Positions 38,671 through 51,600 of a stretch of DNA of 64,000 nucleotides are shown here, piece by piece. The DNA is from Pecten maximus (taxonomy: Eukaryota). Numbering within the stretch: the first letter of the stretch is position 1; the number at the start of each line of letters is the position of its first letter. Location of the stretch: assembly GCF_902652985.1 (NCBI RefSeq), contig NC_047016.1, positions 20,708,001 to 20,772,000 of the forward strand, given 5' to 3'. A program made the translations under genes and the position numbers. The notes under the pieces are model-generated. The model saw only the letters and a list, made by a program, of their open reading frames with translations, made no database searches and had not been told where the DNA came from.

Positions 38671-39466
38671 CGCTTACATATAAAGTGTTAGTTTTGTTTC
38701 AGATATGGCGGGGGTCTGGATGCTGTGGAAAGCGCAAAACCGCATCCCACCTCACTGCAATCGACTATAAGACACATTGACTCAAACCCACACGGTGTAT
38801 TCTATATAGGACCGTCATCAAGAAACATTAAAAACACAATTATCTATGAAAACATCGCTAAATTCCTCAAATAGGACGCCATTTGCAAACTGCTCCCTCA
38901 GTCTGTCCAGATTTCTCATTTACATATACGAGGTTGAAAGAATCATTCCGTTATATAACCTGCTGTCGCCAGGTACACTTTTTCGGTCTCCGCGTGCATT
39001 TTGCCGGGGAACGGTTCAGTTATATTAAAAGTCGCAGACGATGATATATTAGTATTGATTATATATTTACTTTTAAGTCCCATTCACCGAATTTGACAGC
39101 ACATAGGCAAGCAAGCAAAGTGAGTGTCGAATTAACATCCATGTAGGCTTAGACCTTTCTTACTTGAAAATTATTAAAAAAAAAAAAGGGCTGTGCAGTA
39201 ACACACTTTTGTCACTCTCGTCAGTTTGCTGAGAACAGGACAAAAAGAAGTGTATCACGAATAAGTCTGTCATCAGCTAACCATTACAGGGACAGTGGAA
39301 TTAATACTAACTGGACATTGATTACTTCAGATATGTTTATTTATTCAACATGTACAGTCATAAGAGCTTAGGACGACGACCTGCATCCAGTTTGATCTAA
39401 TATTGTATTATTTTGTTATTTCATTAAGAAAACTTCGTTAAATATTAGGTTCCATATCATATATAT

Positions 39467-39701
39467 AAAACAACTATTTCAGGCACCCACTTTTAGTCCA
39501 ATGATGACGTCATACAGGCAGTGGTTGACTCTCTGAATAGCCAAGAAAAGGAGTGCTATAATAGTGACATTGAGGCCCTTAAACACCGGTGGCAAAAGTG
39601 TATAGATACTGAAGGGGATTATGTTAAAAAATAATACAATATGTCCGGCAAAATTCAAATCCTTTAATATGAGGCTCTGGACATATCAATCAGCCCTCGT
39701 A
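39467..39701 (+). mobile_element. 3' end of a Tc1/mariner (mariner-like) transposon: transposase C-terminus pseudogene plus right TIR
   Basis: KTTISGTHF*SNDDVIQAVVDSLNSQEKECYNSDIEALKHRWQKCIDTEGDYVKK* (39467-39634) matches the mariner RWxKCI..GDYVE end; terminus cagccctcgta followed by TA. Confidence 0.9.
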
Positions 39702-40515
39702 TATATAGACATTGAAAGACGTCAGACGGGTTTCTACAAATGTTAGTATCACCTTTTTTCACTTATATGGCCTACTTTGAGCATAGTTGGCGTCAACATG
39801 CATGAAGGAGTTGGATGTTTATTGATTGGTTTAGATGGATAAAAATGGAAGAAAATATTACCTTTGTCTATCTATATGTAACATATATTATAGTGATCTT
39901 GATTGAAGGTGAATGTCCGTTATAATTATTTTCAAATTTGTATTATAAAGAATGTCATGAGTTTCCTGTCATAGGAAATAAAGCAATATATTCCTGTATG
40001 TAGTGTTCCTATAAAACGACAAATATTTATAACAGAAATAATGCTCAGCTAGTTAAAAATATCCTGTAGGCAGCACTAGTTGACGTATGGTACTGCAATA
40101 GTTTGTGTTCTGATTTCAGAATTATTCGTTCTGATACTCATAAATAAATCGTTAGTCAAATTCAAATTTAAGCCGCGAGTTTCCTTTTACCCCAACACTG
40201 AACGATAAACATTAAGACAGACAAATCAGAAATTTGTACTTTGAAATGTTTATCGTCAAGTATTTTGGCCAGAGAGTGTCGGGCTAAAGTTCTGGTAGAT
40301 CGGTCTGTTCTCTTTGTTGTCAACCACCAAAACTTTTCCATTTCAGCATTTATATCGAAAATTCCAAAATCTTCTTCTCAAACCAAGATACTGTTAAAAA
40401 CAAAAGTTTGTTGTGGTAAAACCTCCTGAAATAAAAATATTTGGTTTCTAACAAAAACGAAGATATAGTAGAATCAAATACACCTTGTGAATTCAATGAG
40501 CCCTTAATTATGCTA

Positions 40516-40608
40516 TGATGATGATGATTGGTGATTGATGATTAATGATGTGATGAGGATGATGATGATGAGGATGATTATTGATTATTATTATTATTAT
40601 TATTATTG
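40516..40608. repeat. Compound (GAT)n/(TTA)n microsatellite
   Basis: Visible trinucleotide runs. Confidence 0.9.
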
Positions 40609-43032
40609 AGATGACAGTTTGAGGTATGCACAGTTACGTTGCCAGATGGGCATGGGCCAAAATAAGTCGAATTGACACTTAAGCAATCCCCATCTCAAGA
40701 CCAAGATATACGTGTCAAGATACACATCATTGTTATAAAGGTATTAAGTTTTATCAAAAATCTAAATTCCAATATCCCGGGCAAGCAAGAGGGTGAAGTG
40801 TACAATGTTCGAGAACAAAATATTTTTTTTAAAATTTTGTCCAGTTTTAATTGGAAATAAAATCTGACTTGAATTTTAACTCTGCGGTGTTGTTCTAATG
40901 CTTCCATAATTTTTGCCTTACCCACTCCTAGGAATCGAGTGGCCCAGCATTATGGAGTCAAATAGGCTTTAATTTTCTCTCAGAACGTCAGCGTTATACA
41001 TGTACAAAAACATCGTTGTAGAGGTCTTAATGTGCCTTTCCAAAATTGAGTTTCATTACCCTGGACAACTATGAAATATTTAAAAAGCATAATTATTCAT
41101 ACATTAAAAGTTAAAAGCAGATTATTAAGTTTGAAAATATTTAAAGATATTCTTTAGAATATTTTAAGTCTGCAAGATTTAACTATATTAACGAGAAAAG
41201 GTTTCTGCACAGATGATAGGAAGTTACCAAATCTTGGTTGATATTTGATGGTTTATCATTTTTACTGTGCAATTGATTAATCATTCTTCTTACAACAATT
41301 CAATAACAATTTAATTACTACAAGAGAAAAGAAAAGTCAGTTTTCCATTTTCATACCTTTATTCCATTTGTACCCATACTATCATACAACGAGCAGAGTC
41401 TTGTCTGTATTCTGTAAATTGTGGTCGTATTTGTAATTTATTAATTGGTTGTTTACGTTTTGGTTACATACTTACATAGTGTATATTATACAGTAGTTCT
41501 AAATCCTTATTCAATAATACATGTATCATTATGAATCAAAACTGTTCCCAGAATAAAATGGCATATAGAATGACCAATATTATTGTGATAAACTCAATAT
41601 AAACAAAACCAACAACCAGTGACAACTTCATTAAAATAAGTAATAAGCAATATTTAGATTAGGAAATTGTGAACACGACCTAGCAATTATATATTTTTAC
41701 CTATATTAAAAACATACCTTCAATGTATATGTTGTCTGTCTAAAGCGATTTGAATTTAAGCTTTTTAGAATATATACTCATTGTTTTGGGTACAAAATCA
41801 TGTGGAAAGATTAAGAAAACCATAGGCCCTTATCATGTGATTTCTGGAAACAGATGAAGGAATATTTACTTGGAAGTGCATTATAGAGTTTTAAATAAGA
41901 GTACATGTATATTGAATTCCAACATATGGCCATCATATCTATATCTTTTATTGTCTAATTAACGAGATGTTTACCCGATCTCTGCTGTGAACTTTAATGG
42001 TCGTTCTAAAGACATGTGAAGGTAATGACAGACACGCTAGCCGCCTAAACGTAATCAACATACTTCTAAATGTGAAGATTGCTTACAAATATGGATGGAA
42101 AGTTTTAATGGAATAACGTAGAGCTTTATGCAAAATCTAGATCGAAGGAACTTTTCACAACCACATTGTCTTCAAGTTAAGCAACCCTAAATTAATACCA
42201 TAAGTCGTTTCCGCGGTGACATTTTATATCCCAAGGTATTGTTTCAACTTGCCGATCAACAAATCAATATTGTATAACTAACAGTATGCTTTTCGTGTCA
42301 ATTGTTCAGTAAAATATTTTAGTATAAGATTGTAAATTTGTAAACTAACAACAATGCGTGTGCCTTACTGCACGTCAACATTTAGAGATAGCTTTTTTGT
42401 ATTTTAAACTCTGTTCAACTGACCGACATACATTTGAAAATACATTTAAACGATCACAGCAATATAAATCAGATAACCTGCTGGTTGTACATAGGTAATA
42501 AATTTGTGTACCTGTTAAGAATGTGCAACGGGGATAGCTGTATTACAAGGTTGTTTACTATTGCTATGTGTCACGGGAACAGATAACGTCTCAGATGAAT
42601 GTCTAAAACACAGTAACCAGAAATGTTGGCTTAAAGGAAGAACAGTACCATCTGACCAAGATGACCTTTGCACATGGAAGTATATTAATCTGTATTGACA
42701 TTCAAATGATGTTATTGATGATAGTTAACGGGCGGTTCAATCTGTGGCTTTTGATTAAGCATTGATTTTGACCTCAATAATACTCATTGATAGCAGTTGA
42801 TGAGCAAATCGGCATGTGATCTTAGGTAACATTTAGTTGTTTGTAAGCTACAGTCAGGTATGATGGGTGCCAAACAGAAACAATGAAAGCATGCAAGAAA
42901 GAAAGGAAAGCTTGGTATAAGTATTATATAACCTACTCTCTCTCTAAAACTTACTAAAGAGTTTATCATCAATAGGAAAATCCAAACATCTACATGAAAT
43001 GTGTCCCAAGGTGTAGAACATTTGGTACCTGT

Positions 43033-43164
43033 TCTCTCGGTTAGGTGTGCTTTAAGGCATACTAAGACATAAAGACTTGATATTCCTGGCTTCTCCTTCG
43101 CATCTTTACGTTTCTTTGTTATAGAAAAGCGATTCATGTGTTCAGCAATTTCCTCATTAGTAAA
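43033..43164 (-). pseudogene. Possible degenerate fragment of a Crypton-type tyrosine recombinase N-terminal region
   Basis: FTNEEIAEHMNRFSITKKRKDAKEKPGISSLYVLVCLKAHLTER resembles the xEELxxxLxRFxxxxRKKDGxEYPxxSLYxLxCxLxRHL segment of Crypton/ZMYM/QRICH1-like proteins. Recalled pattern, not searched. Confidence 0.4.
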
Positions 43165-43378
43165 CTTTCAAATCCCTTACTATGGTAGTCGCCTGTGGAA
43201 GACAATACCCCGTGTTTTTTTTTTTAAAGTACCACATAGCTAAGTATAAATAAAATATCGATTGAAGACTGCGAATATCAACAGCAAGCACAACCCATAT
43301 GCATTGTGTAATCGTCTGCTAATCTTCAAATTTGTTAGTTGCTGATAACGTTTTTAAATTTCCGGGAACCATATCTCC

Positions 43379-43601
43379 TTTGGTTTGTTTGGTTTGTTTT
43401 TGTGTAACGTCCTATTAACAGCCAGGGTCATTTAAGGACGTGCCATGTTTTGGAGGTGGAGGAAATCCGGAGTACCCGTAGAAAAACCACCGGCCTACGG
43501 TCAATACCTGGCAACTGCCCCACGTAGGTTTCGAACTCGCAACCCAGTGGTGGAGGGCTAGTGATAAAGTGTCGGTACACCTTAACCACTCGGCCACCGC
43601 G
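43379..43601 (-). mobile_element. tRNA-headed SINE with a V-type-like core and (caaac)n tail
   Basis: A box TGGCCGAGTGG, B box GAGTTCGAAAC, core ggtttttctacgggtactccggatttcctccacc, tail ctgttaataggacgtt...aaacaaaccaaa. Tail fragments recur at 43607-43641 (+) and 45448-45497 (-). Confidence 0.85.
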
Positions 43602-43801
43602 AGGACGATAGGACGTTAAACAAAATAAACCATAACAAACCATCAATGTGATAAATAAATTTGATACATAACTAATAAGTCACCATATCCCATTCAATGT
43701 ACAACCCTGCAAGGCATGTAACTTATTTGAAAATACTAGTTAGTAACATGATTGCACAATTTATTTTCACGTGTTGAAGACACGTAGCGCTAAAATACAT
43801 C

Positions 43802-44972
43802 ATGTCATTAGAATAAACATTGCCCATCGCCCATGTAAGGTAAATATCAGGATTGTCAATATGTCATTAGAGTACGCATTGCCCATCGCCCGTGTAAAGT
43901 AAATGTCAGGACTGTCAATATGTCATTAGATTACACATTGCCCATCGCCCGTGCAAACTAAATGTCAGGATTGTCAATATGTCATTAGAGTACACATTGC
44001 CCATCGCCCATGTAAAGTAAATGTCAGAATTTTCAATATGTCATTAGAGTACGCATTGCCCATCGCCCATGTAAAGTAAATGTCAGGATTGTCAATATGT
44101 CATTAGAGTACGCATTGCCCATCGCCCATGTAAAGTAAATGTCAGGATTGTCAATATGTCATTAGAGTACATATTGCCCATCGCCCGTGTAAAGTAAATG
44201 TCAGGATTGTCAATATGTCAGTAGAGTACACATTGCCCATCGCCCATATCAAGTAAATGTCAGGATTGTCAATATGTCATTAGAGTACGCATTGCCCATC
44301 GCCCATGTAAAGTAAATGTCAGGTTTGACGATATGTCATTAGAGTACACATTGCCCATCGCCCATGTAAAGTAAATGTCAGGATTGTCGATATGTCATTA
44401 GAGTTCACATTGCCCATCGCCCATGTAAAGTAAATGTCAGGATTGTCAATATGTCATTAGAGTACGCATTGCCCATCGCCTATGTAAATTAAATGTCAGG
44501 ATTGACGATACGTCATTAGAGTACGCATTGCCCATCGCCCATGTAAAGTAAATGTCAGGATTGACGATATGTCATAAGAGTACACATTGCCCATCGCCCA
44601 TGTAAAGTAAATGTCAGGATTGTCATTATGTCATTAGAGTACGCATTGCCCATCGCCCGTGTAAAGTAAATGTCAGGATTGTCAATATGTCATTAGAGTA
44701 CGCATTGCCCATCGCCCATGTAAATTATGTTAGGATTGACGATACGTCATTAGAGTACGCATTGCCCATCACCCATGTAAAGTAAATATCAGGATTGACG
44801 ATATGTCATTAGAGTACACATTGCCCATCGCCCATGTAAAGTAAATATCAGGATTGACGATATGTCATTAGAGTACACATTGCCCATCGCCCATGTAAAG
44901 TAAATATCAGGATTGACGATATGTCATTAGAGTACACATTGCCCATCGCCCATGTAAAGTAAATATCAGGAT
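43802..44972. repeat. 59-bp tandem satellite, about 20 units
   Basis: Unit atgtcattagagtacgcattgcccatcgcccatgtaaagtaaatgtcaggattgtcaat. Confidence 0.97.
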
Positions 44973-44991
44973 CGAACATATACAACTTCGC

Positions 44992-47580
44992 ATAGTGTGG
45001 GTCAGGAACTGAACAAAAGACACAGGCACATTATTTATAAATTGAGCAATAGATGAAAGGACAACACGCGGCTTTTTTTGTCCTTCAAGGGCACGTAAAT
45101 GAATCTAGGAGGACAGTAGAGTAAGACTTAACGAAAACCATTGCCATTATTCATCATAATTATTTCTTTTGTGTTAATTGTTGTACTTAATAAATAAAAG
45201 TAAAACGATCAATTTTGTGTCTGCATGAAAGTGCTGGTTGAAGGGGAGTAATTCCTCTTGGTAGGAAAGTCTAAAAGTCTAAACACATATTGATCAAATT
45301 ATAAGGGTAGACGTATAAGTTTACTTGAAAGGAAGCAAAAACATGTCAAGCTCTATTATGAATAGACAATGATATTACTTCCTGTCGACAATTGCTATCA
45401 TTTCATTTTCCATTGTACTCCTTACACTAACCAAAAACATCTTGTAAATTTGGTTTGGTTTATTTTGTTTAACGTCCTATTTACAGCCAGGGTCATATTG
45501 TAATGAAGTCTATCACTGCTCAGATGGATACTTTTTCACTAAACATATATAATTTTCTCATTGAATAACAGGATTTGGTTCCAACATAATTATTCTTTAC
45601 TGACTCTAGACATTTCTATCAAGCTATATCAAAATAATGTATTATATTGATATTTGATATATATTTTAACAACAAATATGGGTGAGCTTAGTTTCATTTG
45701 TCTTGTCTAACATGAAAACTACACAGAACAATGATTGAACATTTTATCTGTGCAGTCCCTCTAACTACGAGCAGTCAGCTGACACAATACAAATACGCCC
45801 CCCCCCCCCCCCCCCCTAAAATAAAAATAAGTTTAGTGATACTTATTATTCAATACATTTGCATAAATCGTTTTTGTGAAGTTCATGTATATACCATATA
45901 TGACTGAGATAAGCTTTTATAGGCTTCGTATGTTGCCTAATCCCTTTCGTATCTAGTATCAGAACAGTATAATACTTCTGAAATAAAATTAAATTATATT
46001 TCTAATTCATTCTTTTAAGGTTTTAAATAGGCTGTGTCTAATACCCTTTATGTATGGTGTTAACCATATGCATTTCAATCCATATAATCTAAACGAAAAG
46101 TCCCGATTAATATGTCATGGTATAATCGCGACATCAATATATCAAGATACCGACATGGAACATTTGTAGAGGAAGCATACGATAGTTAGCTGTAAATAGA
46201 CTTTGGTTTACCACAACAAGGATTGAATTGTTAGGCGTGAAGGGCCGATCACTACAATGTAACCACCCCGACTTAATGCAGTAGATTTTGAGTTGTCAAA
46301 GAGGTAATTCGTAATTGACAATATACAAATATTGGTATAGTGTGGGTCAGGAACGGAGCAAAAACCACTCGGGTAAGAACACTTAATTGGTAGATTTAGC
46401 AATAGATGTAACTGCAGCACTCCGTGTTTTCGTCCTTCAGGGACACCTCGATAATGCTAAAGGCCAATGGTGTGGAAATGCAGGAGAGAAGTTGGTACTT
46501 AAGTAAGAAAGGGGACGCGTACTAACCCTCTACTGTATTTTCTTAATCTTGGATTGGTATTTGACGGTTTTATTACAAAGCGGTACTACTAGGCACTATA
46601 CCTTAAATTCGTTTAGTGTTAATCGTTCTTTTTAAAACATAAAAGTAAAACGATTGATTTTGTGCATGAAGCTATTGGCAGAAGGGAAGTAACTCTTCTT
46701 AGTAAGAAATCTACTAATCTAAACACATTTAATATCATTATTAAGGCAGACGTATATATTGACTTGAAATGAAAAAGTAGACATTACAATATCAAGTATA
46801 AATAGACAATGATATAGCTTCTTGTCGGCAATCGCTATCACTCCTGTTTCCATTGTGCTCTTTACACTAACCAAAGGCATCATTTAATAAATCCAATCTC
46901 TGTCTGATTATGTTATTTCACTTAACAAACATAATTTTCTCAATGAATGTCCAGAATTGGTGCCAACATCAAGATTCAATATAATGTATCCAATAAACAA
47001 ACATGGGTTAACTTATTTTCATTTGTCTTGTCTAACACGAAAACTATACAGAACAGTGATTTGCCATATATCTGTGCACTCCATCTTACTACGAGCAGTC
47101 AGCTGACACATATCTGTCAATGCTAATACTTATGTATGCCCCCCCCCCCCCTCCTTTTTTAATGTGTGTTTGATAATCATAGTAATGATAATATATCAAT
47201 TATTCAATATATTTCCTGCTTATATCAAATCGTGTTTGTGAAGTAAACGCATAAACTGTTTATGTTTCAGATGATAGCTTCGCCTGTTGTCCAAATCCAA
47301 GTTAATAGAGGCTGTGTTCAAAACACTTTTATGAATGACATTCTCCGTGTACATTGCAATCCATATACTGGTATAGGAAAGATGCCATAATCGGTATGTC
47401 ATAGTGCCATCGCGACATCGAATGATCTAGGTATTAACAGTGGACATTTATAAAGACAGCGGATTTTTTCTATAGCGAGCTGGGAATAGATAGACTTTGG
47501 TATACCACACAAATATCGGTGAATACAATGTAACCATCAAGACTTGGTGCTGTAGATTGTGAGATGTCAAAATCATATAC
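44992..47580. repeat. Old diverged tandem duplication, about 1.3 kb unit (about 44992-46325 and 46338-47580)
   Basis: Colinear anchors atagtgtgggtcaggaac, taaaagtaaaacgat, aatagacaatgatat, actacgagcagtcagctgacaca, tcgcgacatc, tacaatgtaacca each present twice. Confidence 0.85.
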
Positions 47581-47704
47581 AATAGATGTTGTTGATCCGT
47601 TAAAAAAGTACATGATAATGACCTGCCTTATCATATCAATTAGCATCGCACACGTCTGTCTTCATATCATATAAGGAAAAGAGTATACTTCTAAATAATA
47701 AAAA

Positions 47705-48003
47705 AACCTTTTTCATGGTATTCATCAACCTGTATGTCTCGAAGCTTTAAATTTGTGTTGCTAGTCTCTCCGTCAGTAGGGACACCTGTCAAGGAAATCT
47801 GATGTAAACCCCCTAAGTAGGGGAAGCTGAAGGTCATTTTCTAGAAATAGTTAATTAACAATGAGGAAATTGGAATCATCACTCTTTTCATATAGTTTAG
47901 TTGTAAGTTGTTCCTGCTTGTTACGTTGTAAGTAAATATTGGGCTTAGTGATTGATGTTGAAGAGTCTGTTGTGACTTTAATTTCAAAGTCTATATGGTA
48001 TAT
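47705..48003 (-). mobile_element. Degenerate Penelope-like RT C-terminal fragment
   Basis: IYHIDFEIKVTTDSSTS...QLTTKLYEKSDDSNFLIVN*LFL...GVYI...DFLDR resembles the PLE segment IYPxELEIKDTT...LxTKLYDKRDDFNFxIVNFPFL...YGVYIS. Confidence 0.75.
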
Positions 48004-48259
48004 CCAAGGTCAACACAGGGTCAATAGAGTTTTTTTTTTTAAAGATAACACATACCTATCGTTGAAATTAAAGGATTTTTTTATGGTCATTGTTACATGT
48101 CTGAACATCTGTTCACCAATCTCAACAAAGTGTTTTCGTTCATGAATAAATTGTCCTCACGATTTCATCTTCATTGTATTTCTATCGCAATAGGTAATCC
48201 TATGGTTCCTGGCTTGATATACATTCTTACGTGATTATCGTGAATTCCCTTATAGGTGC

Positions 48260-48635
48260 AAGGATGATCTGACCAGGTGTTCCGGGAGAGTAAGCTTCTA
48301 TTGCTTCATCGACTACACTTGTAAATCTAGGTCAAATCCGTGTTAAGGCACATTCTAAAAGAAAAAAAGAAAAGAAAATAAGAATGGTGACAACGGAACT
48401 TGGCATATCAATAAGCACTGAACAAATCTGATTGCATAACGCACAAGGAAACAGAATATTTCCAAATGAGATCATGATATCGATCATGAAACTTCCCAAT
48501 GCTCGTCATCAACCTGCATCTCCCGAAAATCCATGTTCTTTTTCTCTCAGTAGCCGACATCTGTCACGGAAATCATGCAAGTCCTCGAATTTTGAATCAA
48601 CAGGAATATGAAAGCACCGTAGATGGGGGAGCCTT
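48260..48635 (-). mobile_element. Second Penelope-like fragment (3' end)
   Basis: PIYGAFIFLLIQNSRTC, DFRDRCRLL and GKFHDRYHDLI peptides, plus a tail gcttactctcccggaacacctggtc typical of this family. Confidence 0.65.
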
Positions 48636-51600
48636 GTATAAAAACAAAACACAATTTGGTCAACGGAGGGACAGACTTTGTTCCCAAGTATGTGTTTGTT
48701 AGCACTCTCTATTGAATCACAAAAGAACCCGTTTTATTGAATACAAGTTTGTCTTAAGTTTACCAGAAATAGCTGCGATGTCTGTGTCAATACATCCTGT
48801 GGTCTTGCATGAGTGGCGCCATTGTCATACAGATACCAATCCTGTAATACCTATCATGATCGATAACGACAGAAATGAACAGAATTGATTTTAATGACAA
48901 AGTTTCCCACGGATTCATATTCCGCAAACGTTTGTGAAGACAAAAGAAGAGACAATAACATTTTTTTTCAAACCAATTGTGTTCATGCAAGATCATTTGA
49001 AAAATAGCACAGTTATCATGGACATTGTTGTTTAGTGCTGTTCTATCACAGTATATGTTTTTAAATAAAGACAACGGCGCAGCTGGTTCGATTTCACTAG
49101 TTTTATGGAGGTGCTTATATGGTCAAACATAGCTTCATATATGGTATCATTTTAACAGGCATTCATTTGTTCATTATGTCATCTACACTTTACCTTAAAA
49201 TAGAAAAAAGAATATTTAGTTTACCATAGTAACGCGTTCTCGATCGTTCATCAGAGTAGAAGCAATTACCTATCTTATATTAAATGGATTGATCGACTAA
49301 AGTACATAAGAAAGAACAAAATCGGTCGAGTAATACATTATCCAAGAAATTAAGTTCTGAATTTAATAAAATCTCTCGAGTAATAGGCGAACAAGGTTTA
49401 TCAGCTATGATGAAAACTATATCTGACATTGCTGAATACCCGATTTATCATTTTAAATGCACGGGTTCATTTTTAACTGCTTCATGTAGAATAGCGAATT
49501 AAAATCCATGTGTCCGTTTCAGTCGTTCTTGATTAAATGATTATGGTTGTGATTGTTGGTGTGTTCATGTAATTCGGAGATTTAATTTGACTATAATTGA
49601 TTACAAGATGATGTCAATTTTAGTTTTCATCTCCGACTTTTCTACCAATGGGTGTCAATATCGATATTCAGATTACAACTATCTAATGAGAACTAATGGA
49701 TTATGTTCTGTCACTTAATCATATAATGAGGCACACATCTTTTTCATTGAATAACGAACGGGAATATGAAGACAAACTGACGATATTAACAGAGTGTGTC
49801 TATCGTCTTCCGCTTGTGGACCGCCATTGTAAATCACCACCGGACTGTATAACAATAGAAGCGGAGATATATATAGATTTTTTGATCACTGTGACTTTTA
49901 TGAAAAAAGGAAAATAATAGTGCCTCCAAGCTGGTTTCAGAACCTGTTTTCTTATAAAAATAGTTCTTGTGAAAATACATATTCAACAATGACAGAAGAA
50001 AACGACACATATCAGCAATAATGAACCTGTCACTACTTTTATTGTCGGCAAGAGGCAAATAGCAACATGGAGTTTGATGTCAGTTTAAAATTGATCCCAG
50101 TCCCATCAAGAAGCGTCTCCAGTTGGTACAAATGTATATATGTTTTATTACAAATACCTATAAATATTTCATAAAGTCATTTTATACAATGCCATTCACT
50201 CATAGAAACGAAAGATAAATAAATAAAGGTGTTATAAAGATTTCAAGCCCGTTGTTGCCTGTTCATATCTAAAAGAATGTTTTAATGAGAAGGCTTTCCG
50301 ATTTTGTCGGTTAACATGGTATATGTAGTATGAAAAAATAAAGGGAATGGACCTAAACAAGATAAGGTAAGGTATACAATTATCTAAAATATTATGGAAA
50401 GGATTAATACAAAAAGATAGAAAGAGAATGAAAGAGTAAATGGACAGTAAATTGTTTAAAATGACACAAAAATGTCGCAAACAGAATATAAAAATTATAA
50501 TATCAATAATTAGTGTGTGAGTAATTATATAAATTATGATATAGACTTTGTGTCTGTTTACATGTGTTTACACATTGTATGTCGATAATAAACTACAAAC
50601 TTTGGTAGTCTCTTGTAACATATTATACTAGATATGTATTGTATAGTAAGCTGTATCCTCATAAAAGGATTTTTCATAGCGTGATATATAACATGTTGAA
50701 AAAGTACCAAACTTGTCACTTCCTGTAGCATTAGAAAAGTCGATATTTTAAAATGAAGTGCATTTCTTGATTTTGTATGACGAATTTTTCTGACAAGAGA
50801 AATTAGTTAATTCTGTAATTACTCTTCTCACTATTACTAAGGTAATTGTCTGTTGTTTCATTTCTAATTCTATACAGGATAACACGCGTCACATGTTTCA
50901 TATTCTACTTGAGTCAATCGTGTACTTTCGGACTAAAATATGTATGTAAATGCTATATAGAACACGGATATTGTCATATAAAAAACGGAATATCATGTTT
51001 GCTTTTCTTAACAGAATTATTGCGAAATTTTTACACGTACCCGGTGCAGAAATCTATAACAGCTAGTGTCCATCATTAAGTGCTTTCGCAATAAACTCTG
51101 GCGGTCTGGCTTAATAAATACCCATCGCCTCCGAGGAATGGACTCACTATCGAATTATCCATGGCTCTTACCGTGATGGTTCTAGAACAACACTCGGTAT
51201 ATTGTCTATAATTTTGAGGTCTCTGCATGTGTACCGATTTTAGAGAGGTAATTTCTATGTCAGTGATCGAACCTGGCAGCTTTGGCTTTTCTTTAATAAA
51301 GCTTAACCTAATCATTGCTAATGAGCTAGAGAGAAATTCACACTTACCAAAAAGCAGCTTGTATTTTGCCAGGACTATAGCATGTAGTGTTAACGTGTCA
51401 CAGAGAAGCTGTGGAACTAAGTTTACCATAGTTATTCTTACGTTTTCCTAATATCATATATAATTACTTCTAACACTACATTTAGAAAAGTAACTTAACA
51501 GATGAGTTATGTAATGAGACACGGCAGTATATTAGTAGTGTGTCACACCAGATTACGATATGTGTCAGACCCTCTGTTGATACCATGTACCAGTATAGTT

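Noticed and set aside
37737-38780. 347-aa (RPQV)n ORF and 276-aa (VVSP)n antisense ORF
   Set aside because: Stop-free frames of a 12-bp repeat with non-ATG starts and a frame change inside the array.
51076-51451. Overlapping 117-aa and 74-aa ORFs
   Set aside because: No recognisable motif and no convincing splice context.
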